From: Phoronis australis
Taxonomy: Eukaryota > Animalia > Phoronida
Length of the DNA stretch: 56,760 nt
Reading direction: 5' to 3'
Assembly: GCA_002633005.1 (NCBI GenBank)
Contig: NMRA01000293.1
Location: 489,860 to 546,619, forward strand
The stretch's first letter is position 1. Each line of letters starts with the position of its first letter. The notes under the pieces were generated by a model that had not been told where the DNA came from, did no database searches, and saw only the letters and a list, made by a program, of their open reading frames with translations. The translations under genes were made by a program, and so were the position numbers. Below, piece by piece: positions 25,401 to 37,400 of the stretch.

Positions 25401-28400
25401 TAGAAGTATAGTGGTGTTTAACAAATTGGGTTTCTTTTAGACAGTCATAACAGAAAAGGGTGTCATTTGAATACTGGGTTATGAAAAGTATGGGTAGTTG
25501 GCCGCTCTATATTTTGAGATTAATTTTTTTGCAAGACGACCCCAAATCGAGTTTCAGTGGAGTGAAAAAAAATCACCTACTTTGCCAATTTTTTATCCAC
25601 ATTAAGTTCTTTAACTGTGTTTTGACGTAGTACACAGCTAGCTGGCTGGTAAGTCAGTGCACAGCTACTGCATCGGAACAGTAACAACCACTCGTGTTGC
25701 ACTCAATAAGCCTAGTGCATTACCAGGTTGGTAAGATCATACAACATCAAGGGTGTGACTTACGACTGAAGACAGACTTTGATCTTATGCTCACACTTCA
25801 CAATTGCTGAATGAAGTTTTAACCATGTCATAACAGTCGAGGAATTATCAATAGTTGTTATCTAGTAGTTATGTGTATATTCTCAAATTAATTGTATATT
25901 TGCTAAAGTGCTAAGGGCTGTTCCAGCAAAATCTGTATGGGAGGGGGGGGAAGGCACTTTTATTTCGTACCCACCGCCCATATTTTTCATTTATTTCTCC
26001 AACCCATGACCCATAATTTTTTAATTATTTTTAATAGGTTAAAATATAAAATCCAACACTTGCAAACAAATTGCCTCCAGGAGGACCTGTTAAGAACTTA
26101 GATGATTGACAGACAAGAACTAGTTGTCTTGTCCAANCTGGGTTATGAAAAGTATGGGTAGTTGGCCGCTCTATATTTTGAGATTAATTTTTTTGCAAGA
26201 CGACCCCAAATTGAGTTTCAGTGGAGTGAAAAAAAATCACCTACTTTGCCAATTTTTTATCCACATTAAGTTCTTTAACTGTGTTTTGACATAGTACACA
26301 GCTAGCTGGCTGGTAAGTCAGTGCACAGGTACTGCATCGGAACAGTAACAACCACTCGTGTTGCACTCAATAAGCCTAGTGCATTACCAGGTTGGTAAGA
26401 TCATACAACATCAAGGGTGTGACTTAAGACTGAAGACAGACTTTGATCTTATGCTCACACTTCACAATTGCTGAATGAAGTTTTAACCATGTCATAACAG
26501 TCGAGGAATTATCAATAGTTGTTATCTAGTAGTTATGTGTATATTCTCAAATTAATTGTATTTTCGCTAAAGTGCTAAAGTATTTTTCAATAATAGTTGT
26601 GTGGAGCGCAAGACCAAATTTGTGACTTAAGGCATATTCTAAGTTACTCTCAGTGCAACATCTCACAGACTGTTAGCTGAGTAAGCATGCAAAATGCATA
26701 TCACTAAAGAGTGATTGGACAGCTTCTGACACAGCTGAATTTTGTCAATATCTGATAATCATAAAAACTTGTGATCTCATTACTGGTAAAGTGCTGATTA
26801 TATAACTGTCCAAATCTTGTGTGAAAAAGGCAAAACGCCACTCATGGGATGGTTGTCTGCAAAAAGTATCTGCACAGACATCAAGTCCTCAGCAGCTCAG
26901 TAGTAAAAGCACTAGACCGGCAATCTAGATACCTGTGATTTGATTCCCAGTTGGGGTTCCTGATCTGTCTCTGTTTATTTGCTTAATTAGATTCACTATT
27001 GGCCAACATTAATGTACATGTATTTACTATAAATATATAAAATTAAATCTAGTTACAAAATACCTGCATTTCCAGCATCTTACAGAATGACCAGACATAA
27101 CTCACGAAGTGCCCTCCAGATTAACATACCTCACGGTTGAGTTTCCTGGCCGCATCCTTGATGTAACGTCGTTCTTCCTCTACATGTACTTTCTGATCAT
27201 GAACTAGCTGCCTCTCGCGTGCCAGTGTCTCTTGGTCTTCAAGTAGGTCATCGTCAAGGAAACGGGGTGAGTTGCCTGGTGACTGGTGGAATGACTGCTG
27301 CAGAGATGACAATGATGAGTAATCGTGGCAACAAACCAAAATGGTGTTGCAATACAGAAAACAACAAAAAATGTTTAGAACGGATAATATTTAATAAGTT
27401 ATACAATCAAGTTGCTGAAAACGAAACCTGCCAGTCAGAAGAGCCAGAGCAATGTCTAATTTAGGAAGGCAGATTATACTGTGAGTGAATACGAACAAGC
27501 ATAACATTTTTAAAGAATTTTGTTTGGAAGAGCAAAGGGCTGGCTAACTACACAATTATTATGTGTAAACTATGAACTCTTTTGTGAGATACAACCTTCA
27601 AAAAATTACATCAGTAAAGCACTGAACATACTCATATGCAAGGCGTATCCAAAACATTTGGCCACTTGCACCTCTGGGGTAGTACAGTTAAAGGCTCAAA
27701 GCACAATATATCCATGATTTTAATTTCAGGATGCTTGATCGCAAGATGGCAGTTTGCAGGTTAAGAAAAAGGTTGGTTCCATGCCTGAACACCAGGAAGC
27801 GGTAGTGGTACATGAGCCTATGATAAGGTTAAGGTTATATAGGATCCTAGAAAACTGTCCAAGTTGCATAAAACAATGTAATAATGTGGCACAAACTCTT
27901 AGTGTTTTCGAGATTTCATCTTGAACATTTATATCAAAATTAAATTTGGTGATATCGATATTTTTGTTTTGCTATGAAATGTACCCTTCTGTTTTTCTAA
28001 AGAGACACAGTCATATGACCTAATCAATGGCAGACTGGTACAAGGCCAATATCAATTTCAAGAAATTCTAATTAAATCAGCTTTTGGCCACAATAAGATC
28101 AAAAAACCGGACGATCGCCACACAAATAAAAAAGTTCATGTTCAATTCAACGTTTCGTCTTTTCATTAGACGTCATCAAAAAAGAAATTCTACATTGATT
28201 TCTAAATATTTATGTTTTTGCATAGTAGTTTTGTGGATATACTTGTGGAAAAGACCCTACACAGCTTTGTTAAGCCACTTCCTACCTGAATCAGTTGCTG
28301 CTGCTGTTTAACTATGCCTTTGTAATACGAGATCTTCTTCATCAACTTGTCAACTTCCCCTTTACTGTCAGTTGGACTGGGTGTCTTGGAAAATGTCCTA

Positions 28401-31400
28401 TTGCATACTGGCCCATTGGAAGGTGTACTAGATGTGCTTTGTGTATCTGAAGCAAACATAATTAACACAGAAACTAAATTACATTATAAATTACAATTAG
28501 GCACATGCGCAACCAGCAAAGTGATGCATTCATTTTTGTAATTTAAGGTGATGTAGGACCACAGAAAAATTTCTAAATTTTTTGACTAACTTCGGAACAT
28601 CGTATCTCATTAATGGCTTAAAATTGCATTCATCTGAAACTTTCAAATGCCATGATTTTTACACTGTTCTCTAACACTGTTAAAAATGGGTTTCAAAATG
28701 TTCCGCTTTTGCAACAGGACTTTGTGATTTTCATTAAACAAATCTAAAGTTCGATAAAATGAAATTTTAGAGAATTGTAACAGTGTTTTTGAAATCTCAT
28801 CATTTACATGGAATGAAATTTGAACAGTCAATGTTACTGGTAACTTTGTTTCATTACCAAATAATATATGACCTTTCTCCTCTGCTAAGTTTTAATAAAA
28901 CAACATGGTCACGTTTCCCAAGTACTGGCCAATTAGTAAAAGTCAAAAATCAAATTCTACAGCCGTTCTACTTTCAAAAAATATATACTTTTACTGAGTT
29001 AAAATCCATAGTTTTCTAGATGTATGTATATAAGGTCCTACACACCCTTAACTCAAAACTGTTGCAGTTTAGAAAGCGCGTTCAAGTTTCCAAGGCCTAA
29101 CTTAGTCTACAAGTGGAACAAAAGTAGCAGCCTGAGGTATTAATAACATACATCCTGGCCTTGTGACAACCAAACCTTACTCATACCCTTAAATTACTGC
29201 AAACTGTACTAACTCAAGTAACTAAGTTAATGACATGCTCTGACACAAGAACTGTTCTCAGGTGGCTATGGAAATCTTTGGTGTGAAAAATAATATTATA
29301 GCACATTTTGAAATTGAGCGCCCTCTACTGTCAGTAAAGTGGCCCCGTAATGGAGGTGTGAGAAAGATCGTCGTCTGCAGATTTTTATAGTAAAACAGTG
29401 CAGGATTACAATTATGTACTTTGTAAATGGGATTTCACTATTCATAAATGTACAGGGCAGTCCACAATAAGCAATCAAATTGCACTATATACCAGTACCT
29501 TTTCCAAAATGCCACAAAGCAATCTTGAAATTGTTGTCAATTTTCCCAAATTTGCTCGATATTTCACTCCAGAACTTTTTTGCAGACATGTTTTCCTGGA
29601 GTACTAAGTTGGAAAATCCTTTAATCAGTGAAAATGTCAAGACAGTACGTTCGGTTATGAACATTTTTGTGTTCTCCAAAATATGAGAAATTACTCAGAG
29701 CATTTCAAGTTTCTAGTAATAAAATGGACTAACCTCGATTTGGTGATTTGGTGGTTGTACGCCCTGATCACAGGGTTACATAATGAGTGTTGGCTTAGAT
29801 GCTAAAAATTTTCATCGAAATTCAACTACTTTCGCCGGAGTTATGGTGGAATCTCAAAAGGAAATCTGATAAAAGATAGATGTTGGAATGCCGTGCACTG
29901 GTAGTTGCTATGTCTTGTAGTGTTCATATTGTTCAAGTTGTCTTTTGTATGTCACTATGTGGTCTCCTGTACAATTTTATTTTAGAACCATCTACATGTA
30001 CTCAGCAGTCTGTAGCACACACTTTACAAAGAGTGCATCGCTTGAAACATGGGGACATTCTATTATATATTTTAGTACCGACGTTTGTCGTTTTAGTTTT
30101 ACTAGTTTTACTATTTGATAAAAGATAACATGACTATTAAAATGATTTTAAAAATTAGGTGAAAATTTTTCCTGCAGATTTTCAATGAGAAAAAAATGAT
30201 GCTCACCTTTATTTTGAAAACTACCGTTTGTCCAGGAAACAGCAGGATGTGATCATTAATATTAAAATGTACCTACTGTCCTTCACTATCACATGGTTTA
30301 GTTGAGTGATTCATTCTTAATAATTAATTACATTCACTATAGTGTGAATAGGTTGAGAGATTCATCGATATTATCAAAACTTTTAGTACTTTCCGTAAAG
30401 CGCCATTTGGTAGAGAGTGATTCAATCATCACACTGTGTATAGGTTCACAACACATTATAACTATAGCCTAAGTGTGCTCTGTTGTTAACAACTTCAGGA
30501 GAAAAACTGTGAGTAATAACATTTCATTCATTACACAAACTAAAAGTTAACTGTGATGCCAGCAGAAAACAACTGGACACAGTGTGAAGGGAAATTAATT
30601 AGCAGAATATAACACTGTCCCTAGACAGCCTCAAGACACAAAGTTAAGTGAAAAACATCAATTGATAAAACTTTACCATGGTTAACACAATTTGACTTTC
30701 TCATGCGCTCTTTCAGTAGCTTCTTTTTCTCATTAAAACTTCTGTGTATGGGATCTCTAACCATCGTATAAGGCATTTGGAAGTGACCTGGAAAAATAAT
30801 ACATTATTAATAATAGAAAGATGGACCTACCATGAGCTCTGTTGCACCAAGGTTATTCTGTGTTTTGAATTTTGAAACAATGTGATTAAACTGTGAGGGA
30901 GCTGCATAAACTTCGAGAATTTTCGTTACAATCTTGGCAAGAGCGTTGGTGCATTTCTAGCCTGTTTTTTAACATAAATTACCCCTACTGAAAACTACCT
31001 CTGTGTACCAGTGGCTGGTTGCATGAAACAATCCCAAATAATTACTCGACTAAGTTCGCTATATCTTTTGCATTAATTGTTATTTCCTCACAGCCGTATC
31101 ATTATCTTTACTTTGAGCTCCTCTTTGACTGATGACACTTTCTAATAACTTAACTAAAAACTGTGCCCTCAATTCAATCGAAACAATTAGGGACATAGTC
31201 CTTAAATTAGGGGTGTTCCATACTTATTTTCAATAATATTGGGAATTCAGCACGGAGTTCACTCTCAATTTAGTAATGATACTCAAACAATAGAAGAAAG
31301 GACATTCAGTTTTTTCACAAGACCACAAACATGCAGATATTTTTAATTAGGAAACTTAGTAGAGTCCCTATTTGGGACTGTTTCATGCAACTGGGCACAG

Positions 31401-34400
31401 TATCCTATTGACTGGAGTTCATGTTAGGTCATCTACAATGTAATAATTACGATTCATGTGACAAAGAGTTGAACACTACAGCTCTGGATTGGTTCAGCCT
31501 AGAGGCCAAGTTGATAAAGTGTGTATTTTAGCAGCCTGCTCAGGAGCTCTTCACTATTTTCATTTCAAAATTTCACCTTATATGACAACACAATGAGAGT
31601 AGTTATGATATATGCAGTCTCAAAAACTGGTAGAGGTTAATGAATATTGTCATTAGATGTATATTTATGATTTCTACTAGACAAATTTATGTTTTCATCT
31701 TCCATGAGTTTTCTAGGATGTAATCTTCATTTACCATGAATTTTTCCATAAATATAAATGTTCTTACGATTAATACCTATCATGAATGCATAAAATCCCA
31801 GTATGAACTTACAAAATGGGTTCTTTTTTCCATCTTATCAAACTTTCCATTGCATGGAATTTTTGTAAACAACTTTCCAGTTTTTCAATGACGACGGTGA
31901 CATAAACTTATCTGTGTCATTTGTACCTTCAGACAAGTCATTGTAATCAGTAGGCGGTGTGGACGGAGATGACGACAGGTTTTCCTCGCTGCACAGTGAC
32001 ACATCATTTGTATCTGTTGTGCTGTTCAAAAGTTCAATCAACTCTCGCTGCATCTCGGCCAAGCTCTGTCGCAAGTCTGAATTCTCTATCATGATCACCT
32101 TCTGCTTTTCTTCATAACTGCTAATCAACAGACGATACATCTCTTCTTCATGTCTAAAAGGACAGCAGTCTTTACACTGACAAGCATACACTATCAGAAA
32201 TTCAGTCTGTATTAAAGACACAATTACAAATCATAACTTATCATTAAGCTTTTAAAAGCACTTTATAATGAAGCAAAGTTAAAGCTGCAAAACAGGTTTG
32301 TCATCAGCTTTCAGTCAAAAACGCTGGTCAATCTAGATCTAACCTAAGCCAATAGTTGGACACTCTCACATTATTGAAGGATAGCCTCAAAGCAGCTGCT
32401 ACAAGTCACAGGTCGATATATAGCTTGTCTACAATAAGGAGTGACCAGATGAATTGCGATGACATCATCAATGGAAATAATAAACAATTTGATACAAGAA
32501 TACAACACAAAAAGGCAGCTGTGGTGTCCAATACAATTAACAATCTTTATGGTAATAATACTGTTAGCGTACTTAGTGGAGCCATTAGTTCTCCATGTTC
32601 CTCGGCGACCATCAGACCTCTGTAAAGTATTCAGAATATCCAGACCTGCGACAAACATTAACACAGACCTCTGTAAAGTATTCAGAATATCCAGACCTGC
32701 GACAAACATTAACACAGACCTCTGTAAAGTATTCAGAATATCCAGACCTGCGACAAACATTAACACAGATCTCATTCAGTAACATCAACTAAGATACAAA
32801 TAGGATTTATGATTTATACTTTATTTGGGCAAAGCCAGGAGTGACCTTTTGATAATGCTTACATGTTCGTGCCAAGGGACAAAACAGCTAGTCTTAACAA
32901 AAATTACACAGAATATTTATTCAATACTGATAACTGTTAATTATCCTGAAATTATGATTTGCACTCAAAGTTTAACATTTTTTTTTTAATTTCCATGTGT
33001 TTACCAGGATACGAGATTAATTTTTTCCATGAATTAGGGAAAAAGCTGAAATGTACACATTAATAATAACGTATTTTGTTTAACAACTGTTGCTGGGCAT
33101 ACTCAATTGAATGAACAAACACCCAAAATGACAATATGACTTTCAGAACGAGCTTTCATATTTAATACCTTATTTTTGATATTCCAGGTTTTCAAGCTTT
33201 CGTGGTCATTTGAAACAACGAAACAAAATTGATAGATTTGAAGAACTAAATTGGCAGGTGTACCGGCCACGGTTTCAGTGTTGATGGAACAATAAATTGA
33301 GCAACACAGGGTAATGAAAGGTACACAACATTAAGATACTTACCCATCCTCCGATCTTGAGATTTATCAGTGAGCAGCTTGTGTAACCGTTCCTTAAGTT
33401 TACATGTCTCCCGTTCTTTCTTCTTTAGCTCGTGCTGAAATTGCATCGTTCTGTGCTGTATCACAGACTGCAATCTCTTGTTCTGCAACATTACAGGCAC
33501 AAATGCATTAGTCATGTCACTCTACATAATTATGATCACTCTTATAATAGAATGATGACCTTCATTTTTTACATTATTTCATAATGAGACAAAAAAGTGT
33601 GATCACTAAAAAATCACTGCTGGAATCAAAAATTTTATAATTTTTGATACCTGCAGTGACAATGGAGTGATGTCATCGTCAATCATGCGACCAAAAGGAC
33701 ACTGAAATGGACAAGAACATAAAATTTTGTTCAGACAAGTGTCAGACACCTTCATCCGTGACAACGGAGAGCAGTTCAGATGATCTGCCAATAGCAGTCA
33801 CTAAAAAGCAGCTGCAGAAAATAAATGCCAAGCAATTATCACAGACACTTTTGAAGGAGTTCAGTGATCTTGTATGTCCCATTCAAGAGCAAGAGGGGGG
33901 CAAGATACCGATAAGTATAACGCAATCTGAGGCGTCAACCAGCAATGAGAAGGACTCAAGGTTGCCTGTGGTTAAGCCAACAAGTTCAAACAACACTAAG
34001 CCAAAGGAAAGCATTGTGGAGAGACTGCTGAGATACATCACACCTAGGTCAGGACCACTTGTAACAAATGCAACAAAGAGCAGCTCTGCAATAGCTAAAG
34101 AACAGAAGAATAAACATAAACTGCCACTGAGTGAATCGGAAAAAACGGCTGATGAAAGCGCGATGAAAACGAAGCACCAGCTGAGTGTGTCGCCCAAGAC
34201 AAACAGGCGAATATCTCCAATAGCTCAAAGAGATAAACAGGTTTTTGATCAGCTTGCAAATGAACCAATAAGTGCAAACGGAGGCAAAATCAGTCCATGT
34301 CCATCTGTTAACATGGTGAATTCAGGTAGTTACATGGGCTCATTTGAGCTGGCGGGGGGCACGTGGACGGAAGAGTGTCTTAAGGATGTCATGCTGTTTA

Positions 34401-37400
34401 GTGGAGAAAAGAACACTAACAAGGGATCAAGGGCAACCATTGGGGTGGGTTCACCTGGGCTTATCACAAAAAACGAACAGGGTAGAGTACAGTCTGTACA
34501 CCATCTTGAGTCTGTAGTACACGTGATGGCAGTAGCAGAGAGAGGATTGTTTGTGTACATCAGGCAGTCACCACAAGAGGGTGTACATAAACTGAGGTGC
34601 CACGTCTACGTCATGGATCAAGCTTCAAATGCACAAAAACTGGTCGATAGCGTGATCACTTGGAAGCAAAAAGGGAAATTTTCAGTGTGACTAGTTTTGT
34701 TACAGCTATATGTATGATTACGTAAAGAGATTGTTGTAATGAAATGTGTTTATAGGACGGATTGGACTCTGATTGAGATTTGTAAAATGATTTTTCCAAG
34801 TAACAACTGAATGCATAATTATACTGATTTATATTGAATTAGATAACCTTTTTTAATATAGTTTAATACAGGAAGTATGCGACACAACTATAAACCTGGT
34901 GTAAACAAAATAATTTTCTTCACAATCATGTTACTTTGCTCTGACTTCTAAAGTAGCATTGAGCTCGCTTGAACTGAGATTAATTTCAACGAAACACCCA
35001 GCTTCATCAACCTGTCGCACAATGTATGTGAAATGGGCACGACAGCGACTATGGTAGATTCTGGCCAAATTTGGACAAAGCAATTGCCAAAATTGATCAT
35101 TCTTCAACTTTCAAAGTCTTCTAACAATGTTATGAATGCCTCTCCCCAAAAATTGCCAAAGACAAAGAACTTAAGAATGATGAAGCAATGAAGCAGTAAT
35201 TTGGCGCTAGTTATCTTTTATGAAAAGAAAAACATAAATTTCACTTCTCCACCATATTGCGTACCACATTTGAGATTTTACTGTACTATAATTATACCTC
35301 TTCTTTTTCACTTCTCAGTTTCATGCCAACAGCCTTTATTTTGTTAAGTAGTTGTCTCTCCTTCTCCTCCAACTGACTATAAGCTCTCTCAGACTGTTCC
35401 AGACTTTCTTTTAGTCTGCTCTGCGTCTTCTGCAAGTGGTTTCTGTCAGCTTCAGTTTTACGGAGTCTAAAAAACACAGCAAATTTGAACATCACAAGAC
35501 ATTTGATATCAAAACTACACCAGAATTATTTAAAACGCTCACAAAATTCCGCAAGCTTTCTTAACTTAAGTGTGATCTGCGACTCTCCTAAATGATACAT
35601 AAAAAGCAAAACAATATGAACGCACACGCACTTGAACACACACCTAGCTCCAAAAAATATTGGGGAAATGAGTTATTCATAAAAATTCCCATATCAAGGT
35701 GAAAATAGCAACTGGTTCCGGGTTTTTTGAGAATTGATGAGGTGATGTGGTACTTTTCCTTGTCCACATTTATAAAAAGAAAGTCACCAGATGCCACCTA
35801 AAATGGGTCATGATCATTTCTTTTTCAATACCAGTATCACCTGATATCAGGTGAAACATGCCAGGATCCTTCTTATTTACTCAGCGTCATCAGATGCCAG
35901 TTGTGAGACACAATGAGTCAGACCATAAACAACTACGGTGTTTTTGTTTGCCTTTACAGTTGAACAGTCATGCAGTGCATCAATTGGAAAATCTAATTAA
36001 AATTCAGTTTGTTAGTCATTAAACTATTGTATGTATCATATACTACTTATAATAACCAACTCCTTCACTAACCACATAATTTTAGCTACAAAATCTTGTG
36101 TGAAAGTGGGGTAGGTCTATTACCTACTCTGCTTCAAATCAAAGAATTTACAGTTACAAACAAAATGCTGTTAGACGTTTTCGATGAAGCTTCTCAAATT
36201 TCAAACAAGAAGAAAAGCCTAAAACAACCATTTTGCAAATTTCAAAGGCTTAGTAAAATGCTGAAATCTCTCAAGTCTTGTTATATACGACGACTGAAGA
36301 GCACACAGTAACTGTGATGTGAAGCTACCTCATAGCATTTTTATTTTTACGAGAACTTTTAACAGACACAAAATATTAAATCTCACTTTTCGACAATATC
36401 AGGTGCTACATTGAAAATTTCTGCCGAATCACCTGTTTTCAAGATCCTCGAAGGATCGCCTGCTGTTTTGGTGTCGCTGCAGCAAGTCATGCGTCACATT
36501 CACCAGGCGAGTGATGTCAAAAGTATCGGAAACATCGTGGAAAATTGACGAGAAACCAAGCACCGTAAGAGTCTGAAATATAGAAAAGTGCAAAATGACA
36601 AAAATATAATACCATGTGTAAATTCAACAAACAAAAACATTTTTGTGAGTTTGCATTTCAAATTTTTAGTAATTACACGTCTGCTGATTGACCTCATTGG
36701 TTACGTTTGTGGCACACTGTTCCTCTGATCACAGCTTTACATTACTTCCAGCTGCTTTCGAGTAATTTTTCAGTTTTTATCTTTTTACCCAACAGTAGAT
36801 ATTTCACATGTAGAGCATTCAACCCTGTGTGAAGCAAAGAGAGCCTAGACCGGCCATCGCCTGGCTTATAAGTGCTTCCTCAGAACAACTTCATTGCATA
36901 TCGTAATGATGAAACATATGCTAATTAATTTTGTACTATCTTGCGATCAAACTTTAGTCCATTACACGAGGACCTCAATTGTTTTTATTCGTCAAAGATT
37001 TCACAAAAAATCTTAAGTGTTCAAACTGTGTAGACAAGCCCCCAGACTAAGAAACAGGAGTGAAGCATATCTAAAGGAAACGTTTCCGTCTAAAACCATT
37101 TTGTTTTTGAAAGATTCTCAGAGTTTTTGATAGTTGTCAGCTGTAAAAGAACTGTTTGTTTGCTAACCATGTTATAACATAAAGAAGGCATATACAGGTG
37201 ATTCCAACCAATCTATGTCGACTAATGATGGATTAGAATTGCCAAAACTCCACCTGTGACTAATTTCAAGCAAAGTAGCATGACACTTGATGTTGACATC
37301 ACAAGTCCCAGGAATGTTAAGACATGGTTAGATTACTCAATACAAGTTTGAAATAACTACCACCAACATTTCTCGGCAACCATTCTGGTGTCTGTTTCAT

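Noticed and set aside
26885-26958. Functional tRNA gene
   Set aside because: The T-loop/B-box is degenerate and the T-stem pairs poorly; retained only as a SINE-like relic.
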